A program made the translations under genes and the position numbers. Positions 41,261-55,227 of a stretch of 64,000 nucleotides of DNA are shown one piece after another. Each line of letters opens with the position of its first letter. Positions within the stretch are counted from its first letter, which is position 1. The notes beneath the pieces are model-generated. The model saw nothing but the letters and a program-made list of their open reading frames with translations. It made no database searches and was not told the DNA's origin. Origin of the DNA: Octopus vulgaris (Eukaryota); NCBI GenBank assembly GCA_951406725.2, contig OX597833.1:5456001-5520000 (forward strand), in the 5' to 3' direction.

Positions 41261-41538
41261 TTATTTATATATGTGTGTGTATGTAAAAAAATACAAACTG
41301 GGACAAGAACGCAAAACATTTAAAGACGACTCAAAAAACACGGACGGGACATTCGAAGCCTTCAATCTTCAGTCAAGAACCGGATCATCCTCGCAATTTC
41401 GGCTGATTATTCTTGAGATTGCTCCGATCTGGCCAGCCCCAAAGGAAAATCTAAGCCAAGCGCATTAGATTCCTTGGAAGAAAGCCTCGAGTGTATGCAA
41501 AACAAGGACGGGAAAACGGACGATGTTACGCGAATATA

Positions 41539-41584
<46 letters not shown>

Positions 41585-42185
41585 AAGCAAAAACAGGACG
41601 TCACAGACAGGCGTCTTTTCGACAAGACGAGTAAACTTTGAGCTGGCGTGTTAGAAAAATGCCTTAGGGGAAAAGAGAGAAAAAATATATACATATATGA
41701 CAGGCTTCTTTCAGTTTCCGTCTACCAAATCCACTCACAAGGCATTGGTCGGCCCACGAGGCTATAGCAGAAGACACTTGCCCAAGGTGCCACGCAGTGG
41801 AACTGAACCCGGAACCATGTGGTTAGGAAACAAACCCATTACTACTCAGATATACCTGCGCATATTTGTAACCAAGAATTCGTAATCTATTACACTTCGA
41901 AAATAGGTAAAGGGGTTGCATCGGGGTAGCTTAATGATAAATGAGGCAGAAGGCGTTGAGGGTGGAATGTGGGGTTCATAAATAAGGTAGGAGTGGTTAA
42001 CGAGGGTGGGTTGTGGGTGAGAGTGGGTTTCTAGGATGAGAGGCTTGTGAGGGGAAGAGAGGTGGGTATAATGAACAAAACAGAAACGAAGATATTTCAG
42101 TAATGGATTAGATTAGGGCAGTAAATACATGCATACATACATACATACATACATACATACATACATACATACATACATACATACA

Positions 42186-42216
<31 letters not shown>

Positions 42217-42364
42217 TCAACGTATTCCCCTTCTCAGATTCACCCACTTATTGCAGTGGTCCTTCAGTTTCTCTAAGCCCCGTAAAAGAACTTTGAAGGA
42301 TGGGCCTCCAACCAAGCCTTTCGCGATACTCTTAAAGCCAGAAAATTTTTCAGCTCTCCTTCGT

Positions 42365-42365
<1 letters not shown>
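42217..42365 (-). mobile_element. Internally deleted mariner element (TIR plus transposase C-terminal remnant)
   Basis: Minus strand CGAAGGAGAGCTGAAAAATT... then GLEKLKDHCNKWVNLR-GEYVE, resembling the mariner motif GIxKLxxRWxKCVxxxGxYVE. Confidence 0.6.
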
Positions 42366-42409
<44 letters not shown>

Positions 42410-42459
42410 TCAATAAAACAAGACAAGAAATTGGAAATATTTTTAATGTTATTTATTCC

Positions 42460-42551
42460 CCATTACACATGTTTCGTTTGCAAATAGGAATCTCAGAAGT
42501 GTACATGTTGGATAAACGCAAGCAATTCCTTATTAGAAATTCTTCAGACGG
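42460..42551 (-). ncRNA. Type I hammerhead ribozyme motif with long stem II
   Basis: CCGU-CUGAAGA-A...(GGAAUU/GAUUCC)...C-GAAA-CAUGUG-UA^AUGG. There is an A.C mismatch at the base of stem II. Confidence 0.55.
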
Positions 42552-42964
42552 AATCAAATAATACAAAATTTACATTTGGTTTTCCAGAATTGTCAACCCT
42601 AATATGTACCTCACATCAATCACACCAATACAATAACAACAACAACTACCTGCTGAAGTGTAAATACTGTAACAAGCAGGTGTGCCTCAAGAGAATACAG
42701 CTTTATCGTACCTACATAATAATAATCCTTTCTACTATAGATTCACCCAAGGCTTGAAATTTGGGGGAGGATAGTTGATTGCATCGATCTAAGTGTTTCA
42801 CTGGTACTTAATTTATCGACCCTGAAAGGTTGGAAGGCAGAGTCAGCCTTTCTGCGGAATTTGAGCTCAGAACAGAGCACAGACGAAATTTTGCCGCTAA
42901 ACATCTCACCCGGCGTGCTAACGACTCTGCCAGCGCACTGCCTCAATAATAATAATACATACAT

Positions 42965-43021
<57 letters not shown>

Positions 43022-43024
43022 ATA

Positions 43025-43073
<49 letters not shown>

Positions 43074-43076
43074 ATA

Positions 43077-43151
<75 letters not shown>

Positions 43152-44128
43152 ATATTCTTTTATGCGTTTCAGCCGAGCCACCCTGGGTCTTTCAATAGCC
43201 ATTCTTTTGTGATTGGCTTATTGGCCTTGGTGAAGGAGCGAATATAATATTGCTGCTCTCTTTTGAATTACTTGCGTGATGTAGGTTCATCTCATATATA
43301 AGACAGGCTTCCTTCAGTTTCCGCCGACCAAATTTTTGTTTTGTCGGGCCTGGCTACTGACCTATATCACAGGAATCGACAGACTTTTGGGAGGAACTGC
43401 CGGGATAACAATCGTGCCTTTCTCAGACAGATGTAAATCATATATACCCATCCTCCTACACTAAGGTATTGGAATACAATGAGAACCATACCAGCTGGGA
43501 ATCGAAACCAGATCTCTCTGGTGCGCTTCACAAAACAAAAGGTGCAACGCAGAGGAACCGAAACTGGAACCGTGTCGTTGGGAAGCAAGCGTCTAACCAC
43601 GTCTAACCAGTCAGCCATGAACTGATTGACATAATATATGTATATATGTTGTTGTTGTTGTTGTTGTTGTTGATGCTATTACTGTTGATGTCATTAGTGT
43701 AACTGGGACATATTTAAAACTCCCATACAAAGGGGAAAACAAAATATATATCAAATAAAACAAAATAAAGAAAGTAATAAAAACAACAATGAAGTTTCAT
43801 TTGAAATGTGAAAGCAATTTCCTCCCCAGTGGAATAGTCTGTGCTGTCGCATTCTTAGTGAAGCGCGCCAGAGAGATCTGGTTTCCGATTCCCAGCTGGT
43901 ATGGTTCTTTCATTGTATTCCAATACCCTTAGTGTAGGAGGATGGGTATATAGGATTTACATCTGTCTGAGAAATGCACGATTGTTACCCGGCAGTTCCT
44001 CCCAAAAGTCTGTCGATTCCTCTGATATAGGTCAGTGGAGCCAGGCCCCACAAAACACACACACACGAACGCTATACATTCATATTAAATATGTACATAC
44101 GTGTATATAAATATACATACATACATAC

Positions 44129-44174
<46 letters not shown>

Positions 44175-44239
44175 TTATACATATGTGTATTAGATATACA
44201 TATATATATATTTATAAATATACACATATATATTTACTA

Positions 44240-44455
44240 TTTTCTTGTTTCAGTCATTTGACTGCGGCCATGCTGGAGCACCGCCTTTTGTCAAGCAAAT
44301 CGACCCCAAGACTTATTCTTTGTAAGCCTAGTACTTATTCTATCGGTTTCTTTAGTCGAACCGCTAAGTTACGAGGACGTGAACACACCAGCATCGGATG
44401 TTCGGGGGACAAACACAGACATACAAACACACACACACACTCACACTCTCTCTCT

Positions 44456-44487
<32 letters not shown>

Positions 44488-44658
44488 CATATATATAAGA
44501 CGGGTTTCTTTCAGTTTCCGTCTACCAAATCCATTCACAAGGCTTTGGTCAGCCCGAGGCTATAGTAGAAGACACTTGCCCAAGGTGCCACGCAGTGGGA
44601 TTGAACCCGGAACCATGTGGTTCGTAAGCAAACTACTTACCACCCAGCCACTACTGCA
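44240..44658 (-). mobile_element. SINE family B, full length
   Basis: Reverse-complement consensus match. Confidence 0.9.
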
Positions 44659-44912
44659 TATAAATTTAAAGAAAAAATTTCTTAAAAGTTAACTATTTAA
44701 AGGCGGTGCTCCAGCATGGCTGCTGTCAAATGACTGAAACAAGTAAAAGAATTTAAAAAAGGATTCCTTTTTTCTGTTTCTTTTTCTTTTTTGTTTTCTT
44801 AAAGAATGTCATGAACCCTTTGGAAAGAAGGTTTTGTATTGTGTCTTTCAGGTGTAAGCGCTTTCGTTGTTCACCTTTTCAAGAAAATCTTTTTTAATTA
44901 TCGTGACCGTAT

Positions 44913-45315
44913 AGGCGCAGGAGTGGCTGTGTGGTAAGTAGCTTGCTAACCAACCATGTGGTTCCGGGTTCAGTCCCACTGCGTGGCATCTTGGGCAAGT
45001 GTCTTCTGCTATAGCCCCGGGCCGACCAATGCCTTGTGAGTGCATTTGGTAGACGGAAACTGAAAGAAGCCCGTCGTATATATGTATATATATGTATGTG
45101 TGTGTATGTGTTTGTGTGATTGTCCCCCTAGCGTTGCTGGACAACCGATGCTGGTGTGTTTACGTCCCCGTAACTTAGCGGTTCGGCAAAACACACCGAT
45201 AGAATAAGTACTGGGCTTAGAAAGAATAAGTCCCTGTGTCGATTTGCTCGACTAAAGTAGGTGCTCCAGCATGGCCGCAATCAAATGACTGAAACAAGTA
45301 AAAGAGTAAAAGAGA
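44913..45315 (+). mobile_element. SINE family B, full length
   Basis: Consensus match. Confidence 0.9.
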
Positions 45316-45572
45316 GAGAGTATCAAGTATTTATTTGCAAACATTTTAGCATATTTACGCGTATAATTTACACACACACACACACACGCGCCCGCACACA
45401 TCTCTCAGTCTCTCTCTATGTGTGTGTATGTTTATATGTATATGTGTGTGTCTGCATGTATATATATATGTGTGTGTGTATGTTTATATATGTATATATG
45501 TATATATATATATATATATGTGTGTGTATGTACATGTGTATATATGCATATGTATTTCACTGTATATATATA

Positions 45573-45624
<52 letters not shown>

Positions 45625-45625
<1 letters not shown>

Positions 45626-45839
45626 TTCACTATTGCCCACAAGGGGCTAAATACAGAGGGGACAAACGGATTATGTCGATTACATCGACCCCAGGGCGTA
45701 ACTGGTACTTAATTTATCGACCCCGAAAGGATGAAAGGCAAAGTCGACCTCGGCGGAATTTGAACTCAGAACGTAACGGCAGACGAAATACGGCTACGCA
45801 TTTCGCCCGGTGTGCTAACGAGTCTGCCAGCTCGCCGCC
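45625..45839 (-). mobile_element. SINE family A, full length
   Basis: Reverse complement GGCGGCGAGCTGGCAGACTCGTTAGC... Confidence 0.88.
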
Positions 45840-45843
45840 TTGA

Positions 45844-45889
<46 letters not shown>

Positions 45890-46019
45890 ATAAGCTGGGT
45901 TTTTTTGTGGTTCCCGGTCTTTATGAATGAGAAGACAAAATGGAGCGAATCTCAATAAAATCCTTCATGCTTTATCATGGCGTTGGTCAAATTTTAAAGG
46001 CATTAAACCACTCTAACCA

Positions 46020-46436
46020 TTTCTTGTGGCCCAATCCCCTTTTTAAATCTTCATCTGGTCCTCAGCAAAGCGGGGAGCAATTAATGCAGTGACATAAAAC
46101 ACTCATTAGCTGCACCAGTAACCATGTAGAAACACTCTTACAAGCAGACGTACACGGACACTTAAAGTATGCACCGAGCCATACACATACACACACACAC
46201 ACACATTCGTGTCCACGCGCAAACACAGACACAGTGATACACATACACATACACACACGCGCGCGCCTCACATTCCTTCACCCCTCATCTCCGCTCGCCC
46301 ACTCGTTCTCTGCTTGCGTCGTCGCTCTGCGATTTCCATCAAATACTGCTGAACATCGTCTTTAAAGAAACCCAGAACAAACAAAGTCGAAGTAGAAGAA
46401 GAAGGTAGAATAGCCACAACAATGCAGTTAAGATCT
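46020..46436 (+). promoter_or_regulatory. Candidate promoter and first exon of a host transcript
   Basis: CCAAT at about 46031, a CpG- and pyrimidine-rich unique tract at 46260-46340, a purine-rich exon-like stretch, and donor CT|GTGAGT at 46436/46437. Confidence 0.35.
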
Positions 46437-46792
46437 GTGAGTAAATAGATCGCAGTCTGGAGACGATTAAACGGTTTTGTAAAGAAGAAGTTTGAAAATG
46501 CAGGAGAGAAAAAGAAGAAAAAAATAGAAAAAAATACAAATGTAATGTTGAGAAAAAGTCAACAAACATTTGTTGCGCCGTGATTGTTATTCTTGCTTGC
46601 TACAGTATATCAGTATATTTCTTAGTCCTTAATGCTGGGTGGCAACCGGGTGGGATGGGGGCCAAATGCGAACTGGGTATTAACTTCTATACGGCGGCAC
46701 TCACAAACTGTTCTTTAGATATTGTTAGCATGTTCGTGACACTCTTATGATCAGATAAAAAAAGAATTCTTGGGATATCATAAATTATTTAG

Positions 46793-46857
<65 letters not shown>

Positions 46858-47092
46858 ACACACACACATTTCAAATACTTCGTTATGATCATTATTTGCA
46901 ATTATATTAGTTTTTAGCGACGGAGGCACTATTTAGTACGAAAAGGTAACCTTTCTATCCAGCTCAACGTGGATGTCTTGTTAAAGCACCGACTCATCAT
47001 AGTCTTGAGAGATACCCTTTTAGGTGCTTGGTACATAAAAGTTCACGCATAGATCGTAGAAGACGAGAATCGTCCGTCATGGGAGACAGAAT

Positions 47093-47138
47093 TCCCGACA
47101 TCCCGTGATTTCAGTCTCCAGGACTTCATCAGTGAGAG
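47093..47138 (-). ncRNA. Hammerhead core with decayed stem I
   Basis: CUGAUGA-AGUC-CUGGA-GACU-GAAA-UC-ACGG-GA-U. Core and stem II are perfect; stem I pairing is poor. Confidence 0.4.
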
Positions 47139-47193
47139 GCACCGGTCATTGCATACCAGTCAAATCTCGCCGCCACGATATATAAATTATTAA

Positions 47194-47368
47194 AGGCGGC
47201 GCGCTGGCAGAAACGTTAGCACGCCCGGCGAAATGCGTAGCCGTATTTCGTCTGCCGCTACGTTCTGAGTTCAAATTCCGCCGGGGTTGACTTTGCCTTT
47301 CATCCTTTCAGGGTCGATAAATTAAGTACCAGTTACCCACTGGGTCGATATAATCGACTTAATCCGTT
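47194..47368 (+). mobile_element. SINE family A, 3'-truncated
   Basis: GGCGGCGCGCTGGCAGAAACGTTAGC... Confidence 0.85.
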
Positions 47369-47381
47369 TTATATAAAGAAC

Positions 47382-47781
47382 TCTTTATATATAAAAGTCA
47401 AGTCGTGTGTCTGTCTCCTACGATTTAGATTCCTAACTACTCCCCGCATTTTGCGGTGCAGTTTAACCAAAACCGGGTATCTTATAGTCGTGATTCATAT
47501 CGAGCCCTTCTGGGTATTAGCGCGCATCTACGATGAGTCTACGATTTAAAAAAAAATTTACCATCATTTTTTTCCATTTTTAATGCATTTTTTTCGCTAT
47601 TATATAAGGGAAGTAACTCTCTAAAAATGTCTACGATGAGTCAACGATTTAAAAAAAATTTACCATCATTTTTTTTCCATTCTTCAAGGCATTTTTTGCT
47701 ATTTTTTGGCTATAACTCTCTAAAAATGCTTATATAGTTATTTCCCTTACAAACCCGAGCAACGCCGGGCGATACTGCTAG
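47382..47781 (+). mobile_element. Non-autonomous Helitron
   Basis: 5' TC(T)TTATATATAAAAG, 3' hairpin CCCGAGCAACGCCGGG and terminal CTAG followed by T. Internal ~103-bp tandem duplication (47527-47729). Confidence 0.75.
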
Positions 47782-47872
47782 TAGATATATAAATTATAAA
47801 ACGCAGGAGTACATTGCTCTCTATGATTAATTCCATAGCAAGACTTCGTTTGTGTGTAAATATATACTCTCT

Positions 47873-48278
47873 CTTTTACTTGTTTCAGTCATTTGACTGC
47901 GGCCATGCTGGAGCACCGCCTTTAGTCGAGCAAATCGACCCCGGGACTTATTCTTTGTAAGCCCAGTACTTATTCTATCGGTCTCTTTTGCCGAACCGCT
48001 AAGTGACAGGGACGTAAACACACCAGCATCGGTTGTCAAGCGATGCAAGGAGGACAAACACAGACACAAACACACGCACGCATATATATACATATATATA
48101 TTTATATATATATACGACGGGCTTCATTCAGTTTCCTTCTACCAAATCCACTCACAAGGCTTTGGTCGGCCCGAGGCTATAGCAGAGGACACTTGCCCAA
48201 GGTGCCACGCAGTGGGACTGAACCCGGAACCATGTGGTTGGTAAACAAGCTACTTACCACACAGCCACTCCTGCGCCT
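47873..48278 (-). mobile_element. SINE family B, full length
   Basis: Reverse-complement consensus match. Confidence 0.9.
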
Positions 48279-48587
48279 GGTATGAATATATCCAAAGATG
48301 AATTGGTGTACAGCAAACTCTAAAGAACCTCTCGTAGCAGATCTTTAATAAATCATTGCCGCACGAACGTTCGTCTCTTATTCCATACAAGCACCATTAA
48401 TTGGTAAATCATTCCTTCTTCTCGCTGATTCTTCATTTTTCCAAAATAGATTAAGAACGCATTTTTTAAAATGATTATTTCTTTCTTTTTAAGTCTTTTT
48501 TTTTTTAAATGTTTTCCTTTTCTTTTTCGGTTTTGCTGTTTGATGGTCGTTACGAGTGCAGAGCAGAACATCTGTGAATGTATTCTG

Positions 48588-48589
48588 CG

Positions 48590-48628
<39 letters not shown>

Positions 48629-49018
48629 ATGTACGTATGTATGTATGTATGTATTTATGTATGTATGTATGTATGTATGTGTGTATGTATGCATGTGTGT
48701 ATGTATGTATGTATGTATGTATGCATGTATGCATGTATGTATGTATGTATGTATGTATGTATGTATGTATGTATGCATGTATGTATGTATGTATGTATGT
48801 ATGCATGTATGTATGTATGTATGTATGATATATATATATATATGTTTGTGCGTGTGTGTGTGTATATGTATATATATGTATATATATATGTGTGTGTATA
48901 TATGTATATATATGTATGCATTTATGTATGTATGTATGTATGTATGTATATATATATATATATACATACATATATATATATATATACACGTACAAGGTAC
49001 ATGTGTGTGTGTCTGTAT

Positions 49019-49055
<37 letters not shown>

Positions 49056-49062
49056 CACACAC
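48588..49062. repeat. (TG)/(TATG)/(TA)/(CA) compound microsatellite
   Basis: Direct reading. Confidence 0.95.
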
Positions 49063-49342
49063 ACGTATCACTATATACCACTCTCTGTTTACAGATTTAT
49101 CATCTGAGAGAGAGAGTCAGAAATGTCATTTACACTAAAATAGTTTTATCTCATCAGCTAAGTCTTTGTAGATGTTGCTGTTGTTGTTGTTGTTATCCGC
49201 TCAAATTTCTCGCTCTACGGTAAACACGGGTTTGCGGGTTGGGTGGCGATGCGTTAAACCGATAAAGAAATGCTATCCAGTGTTCAAATCTCGACGAATT
49301 CTACCATTCTATCCGTTCCATTCCTGTTATTGTTTGTTGCAG

Positions 49343-49462
49343 GTGCAACAAACCAACGCAACACCTTTACATCGCCGGAGCAGAAGCGTATCGCCTGGTT
49401 GTTATTTATATCACTTGGCCTTACACGGAGATATATTAAGGTCTAGCGCTGCTTGATTAAAG
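49343..49462 (+). other. Candidate internal exon (120 nt, stops in all three frames, so UTR or lncRNA)
   Basis: Acceptor TTCCTGTTATTGTTTGTTGCAG|G and donor AAG|GTAAAT bracket unique sequence. Confidence 0.4.
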
Positions 49463-50827
49463 GTAAATTGAGATTGTGTGTGTGTGTTCACCTTGGCCAA
49501 ATGGTTAAGAAGTTCACATTACAATAACCGTCGCCCCGTGTTCACTCCCACCGCGTGGAGTCTTGGGTTGGTGTTTTTTTTCTATAACCACCAGATCGTC
49601 GGCACCGTTACCAATGCCGTGGTATTCATCATCATCATCATCGTCGTCATCATCACCATCATCATCATCATCGTCATTATCTATAGACTACAGCTTTTCT
49701 TAGCTGATGCCTTCCTCTGCTTGAACTTCCCTTTGCAAACTGTGTATTTGCTACTTTGCAAACCGTGTATTCCGTCGTCGTCGTCATCATCATCATCATC
49801 ATCATCTAACGTCCGTTGTCCATTCTGGCGCAGTTTGACCATAGCAAGCTCTAGTCTGATTTGGCATGGTTTCTACGGTCCCTTCTAACGCCAACCACTT
49901 TACACTGCACGAGCGGTTTTACATGACACCGGCAAAGAAATCTTACAGGCCAATCCACTTTACCTGTGGGAGCGGCCTTAACACTTCTGCTGCGGTGTGC
50001 GGCTCTTCTGAGCTGTAACCTGATTCTGGTGCATACCGGTTTCTACTCTGCCCAAAAAGACCTGAGCATTACACCCGTGCTATTTCGAAGCAAAGTCACA
50101 CTGGCCTGTTGCTCATTGCACCTACGAATATTGATCGTAACTCATAGGTGTTGTGGATGTATTTACAGGGGTTTCAGTGCATTATTTTGACCGAGGGCCA
50201 ATATCACTGTCAGAACGGTTCTGCAGTACACCATTCGAACTCTCTCTTTTGAGCTTTTGTAAAGGACTTGTAAGTGATCAGTTCTTAAGTATTTAATAAC
50301 CCCTGTCTAGAAGCAATGAGTGTCAGTTTCAGTTATGTAACAGAACTGGATCTGAATTCAATTCTTTAAGGATTGGTCTTTCACATTCATGGGGTTGTTT
50401 AGGAGTAAAGGAGGAATTAGCTTAGGATATTAGTATGGGGTGTGATTATAACAGGGCGATGTGATGAGAATGCGAATGAGAGCTGTGACTATAACGCTAG
50501 CGTACCCTAATTTTCTCATATTTCTTCCCCGAGTAAGAACCGAAATGGTTCCATTTCACTTCGTCGTGTTTCCTCTATATTAATAATGCTTCAAGACGTC
50601 ATTCATTCTTCGTGTTAGGCAGGAAATGCGGAAATTAAATCATAATTACCAACTTAATTAGTCCGTAATTAATTCCACACTATAAACCAAATGTTTCAAA
50701 TACCTCCCAAGATGGAGTTTTGTTCATAAATTATGTCAAGTGTAAAAAAAAGTCTTCTTTTTTTAATGTAAGGCATTAACCCTAACGCATCATTTGGCCC
50801 GGAGCTTTGTCCTTAAATACTCCGCTT

Positions 50828-50882
<55 letters not shown>

Positions 50883-50896
50883 TTAACAACAATAAC

Positions 50897-50953
<57 letters not shown>

Positions 50954-50958
50954 TATTA

Positions 50959-51034
<76 letters not shown>

Positions 51035-51477
51035 CATAAAGACGGCGCGCTGGTAGAATCTTTAGCACGCTAGAGAAGATGCTTAGCAGCGTTTCTTCCG
51101 GTTCTTCACGTCCGACCCAGAATTCTGCCGGAGTCGACTTTGTCATTCATCCTCTTGGCTTCGTTAAAATAAAGTACCCGTTGGTCGCTGGGGGGTATCT
51201 GCATAGGAATACAATTTTATCATCACTATACAACGGAACAGCGCAAAGGGCAGCAAGTGAAACATTGAATATCATTGACAAACACACCCCATTGCATATT
51301 GGATTCCCTTCCCTTATTCATCAATGCAAAGAAGCATGAACACCACAACTTCCAGTTATCAGCTGAATAATCTGAAACTAAAGGAAGAAACTATTTTGGT
51401 TACATGTAACGGATGTTATCAATGAACTGTGTCGGTGATAGCGTTTTGGTCCTATCTAAAATGTTTACTCTGACGTC

Positions 51478-51519
<42 letters not shown>

Positions 51520-51522
<3 letters not shown>

Positions 51523-51705
51523 TCCAGTGGTATTTGGTGCACTTGGCATAACACCCAAACTGCTATCTAAGAGGCTGAAGGAGTTTGGAATTTGGACACG
51601 CATTGCCAACCTGAAGAAATGTGCCGTCCTGATTCTTCAAGAATCCTAAGAAAAATTCTTGAGATTTCAAAAGACTTGTCACCAAATTTCAGGAAAACAT
51701 AATAA
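51520..51705 (+). mobile_element. R4/Dong LINE extreme 3' fragment after (TAA)n
   Basis: IPVVFGALGITPK...LKKCAVL..ILRKILEI aligns with IPIIVGALGMIKK...IQKIALLGTAHILRRILSI of the 3316-4617 ORF. Confidence 0.7.
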
Positions 51706-52121
51706 TTAAAGTAAAAAAATTGGAGTAAAAATAATAATAATGGTATCAAATTTTGGTATAAGAACAACAATTTTAGTGGGTGGGTGGGAGTTTTGCTGAA
51801 TATATAGAGTAATTCACTGGGTACTTTATTTTTTCACTCCGAACGGGTCGACCTTAGGCGGGTTTAAAGATCCGGAAGAAATGTCGCTAAGTATTTTATT
51901 CGACGCACAAACATTTCTGCCAGCTCACCGCCTTAATAATCCTTCCTATAATATGCACAAGGCCTGGAGTTTGTGGGGCGGGAGATAGTCGATCACATTG
52001 ACCCGAGTATATGACTGGTACTTAATTCATCGACCCCCGAAAGGATGAAAGGCGAAATCGACCTCAGCGGAATTTGAACCCAGAACAGGATGACAGACGG
52101 GATGTCACTAAGCATCTTGCC

Positions 52122-52176
<55 letters not shown>

Positions 52177-53228
52177 ACACACACGCACTCACACACACCC
52201 CCACATGCACATTATCAGTGTTAGTCCTATTAATGGAAACGGTAACAAGTGCAATGCTGGTCGATGGTGGTGTACATGTGTGCACAAGCAGTGTGGCACG
52301 TGTGTGTGTGTGTGGATGAGGGTATTTGCGTGCGAGTGTGCACATGCTTGTGTGTGTACAGGTGTATATGTAGATAAGACTAGTTGGTGAACCAATAAAG
52401 GGTCAATGAGTGTGGGTGGTAACGACCTCAGCATCATTTCCTTCAGAGCAATGAACCAGTCTCTGACCGGATGGAACCAAAGCCCTGCAGATTCACTTCG
52501 AGCAACAGAAAAAACATATTTTCTACTATTTTTATTATGTTCTTTTATTTGTTTTAATCGTTGAACCACCGCCATGCTGGAGCACCATCTCGAGTGGTTT
52601 TATTGGCATAGTTCGCCCCCAGTGTTTATTTTTACGTCGAATACTTTTGTCGAATCGTTAAGTTACGGGGAGGTTAAACGAAACAACAGCGGTTGTCAGA
52701 AAGTGGCGGGACAAACACAAAGACACGCGCGAACGAACACACATGCATATACATACATACATACATACATACATACATACATACATACATACATACATTT
52801 ATACATACATACATACATACATACATACATACATACATACATACATACACACCCACATACATACATACATACATACATACATACATACATACATACATAC
52901 ATACATACATACATACATGTATGTATACATACATTCACATATACTCACACACACATATATACGTTCATACATACTTACACACACACATAAGAGAGAGAGA
53001 GAGGGAGAGAGAGAGAGGGAGAGAGGAAGAGGGAGAGAGGGAGAGAGAGAGAGAGAAAGACGAACAGAGAGGCACAGGAGTGGTTGTGTGGTAAGAATTT
53101 GCTTGCCAACAACGTAATTCCGAGTTCAGTCCCACTACTTGACACTTTAGGCAAGTAGCTTCTATGATAGCCTTGGGCCAATCAAAGCCTTGCGAGTAGA
53201 TTTGGTTGGCGGAAATTGAAAACCCGAC

Positions 53229-53270
<42 letters not shown>

Positions 53271-53300
53271 TAAATTGAAACTGATTTGAAAATCGGAAAT

Positions 53301-53344
53301 CCACCTGAAGATTGTCATTAGAAGACATGAAACAATTGTAGTGG
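53301..53344 (+). ncRNA. Minimal type I hammerhead ribozyme motif in a Penelope-like tail (about 53270-53510) between (TA)n tracts
   Basis: CCAC-CUGAAGA-U-UGUC-AUUAGAA-GACA-U-GAAA-CAAUUG-UA^GUGG. Stem I is CCAC/GUGG and stem III is the palindrome ACAAUUGU. Confidence 0.65.
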
Positions 53345-53510
53345 CGGTTTTTTTACTTTTTATTAAAATTGATTAAGTCTTTCCTTGTTTGTTTTGCAAA
53401 ATAGTGGTTTTGTCTCTAATTAATATTATATAATATTTTACTATAAAATTGGATTTAATCCTAAATCTGATTTTTTCCCTGTAAATTTGGATTTATTCCC
53501 TAATATTTAT

Positions 53511-53621
<111 letters not shown>

Positions 53622-53634
53622 TATACATACAGGA

Positions 53635-53890
53635 TGGGGATATAAATACACTAACATCGGTTATCAGGCGATGGTAGAGGGACAGACACAGACACAAATA
53701 ACAAACGCACACATACATATATATATATATACATATATATACGACGGGCTTTCAGTTTCCGTCTACCAAATCCTCTCACAAGGCTTTGGTCGGCCCAAGG
53801 GTAGAGTAGAGTAGAAGGTTCCAGGTGGTGGGACTGAACCCGGAACCATGTGGTTGGGAAGCAAGCTTCTTACCACACAGTCACTCCCGA
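53635..53890 (-). mobile_element. SINE family B, partial
   Basis: Reverse-complement match to the head and centre. Confidence 0.75.
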
Positions 53891-53899
53891 GGCTATATA

Positions 53900-54040
53900 T
53901 TAGGTTGTCCCAAAGGTTCGTAAACACTTGCGAAAATTGAATTTTTACTCGCCAAGTACTAACAAAAACAACAAAAATTATTCCTCAAAATAAAGACCAT
54001 TATTTTCCGAGAGTTTCTACGAACTTTTGGGACAACCTTA
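53900..54040. mobile_element. mariner-derived MITE (141 bp)
   Basis: TIRs TTAGGTTGTCCCAAAGGTTCGTA / TACGAACTTTTGGGACAACCTTA, flanked by TA. Confidence 0.8.
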
Positions 54041-54435
54041 TAATATTTTTGCTGATCCGGGGCCCTAGCAGAAGACACTTGACGCAACTTACTGCGCAAA
54101 ATGAGACTGAACTGAAAGTCACGTGTTTGCGAAGCCCCCATCTTAACCACTCGGCCATGTGATGCTTATCAGAATAGGCCAGGAAATCGTTATCGTTAAG
54201 TTTTGCTCCTCTTCTGTTTCACCACTTGTAGTCTGCATCCATCTACATCCACACACGTGTGCATACATGCGCCAACACCACACACACATACACACACACT
54301 CGCTTACTCGCTCGCTCGCATGCGCATGCGCGAATACACGCACTTATTGTACAATAAGCATCGGCCACCAATGCACTCATCAACGTTTCCATTAATAGGA
54401 ACCGACACCAATTAATACAAGCAGCTCGCTTCGCC

Positions 54436-54498
<63 letters not shown>

Positions 54499-54578
54499 TA
54501 GGTGGTGGTGGTGGTAGTAGTAGTAGTAGTAGTGGTGGTGGTGGTGGTGGTGGTAGTAGTAGTAGTAGTTGTAGTAGC

Positions 54579-54620
<42 letters not shown>

Positions 54621-54830
54621 GGTGGTAGTAGTAGTAGTAGTAGAAGAAGTAGTAGTAGTGGTGGTGGTAGTAGTAGTGGTGGTGGTGGTGGTAGTAGTTG
54701 TAGTAGTAGTAGTAGTAGTATTGGTGGCAGCGATGGTAGCGGTGGTGGTGGTGGTGGCCGTCGTCGTCGTCGTCGTCGTCATCACCACTACAGCCATCTC
54801 CGCCGCCGCTACCACCACCACCGCCGCCCC
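54436..54830. repeat. (GTA/GTG)n trinucleotide tract
   Basis: Direct reading. Confidence 0.95.
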
Positions 54831-55166
54831 CACGTCCCCCCACCCAACACCCGTATTAACCATTCCTATTCCCCTCTCTATGACGCCATTCGTTTACCTT
54901 GTTCCGCTATTGAGTAATTTAAGGTACACACAACACTTGACTAAGCACGCCACCTGTTTTATGTTTGGTGTATACAGATGCACGCATATGTACATATATA
55001 TATATATACTTGCATACATAAGTACACACACACATACACACGCACTCTTACACACACACACACACACACACACATAAAAACACCCACACATGTACAAGCA
55101 CGTGGGTTTACACATTTAAACACACACAAAATATTATATTTGCTTTACATTAAGTTGAACATGTAT

Positions 55167-55227
<61 letters not shown>

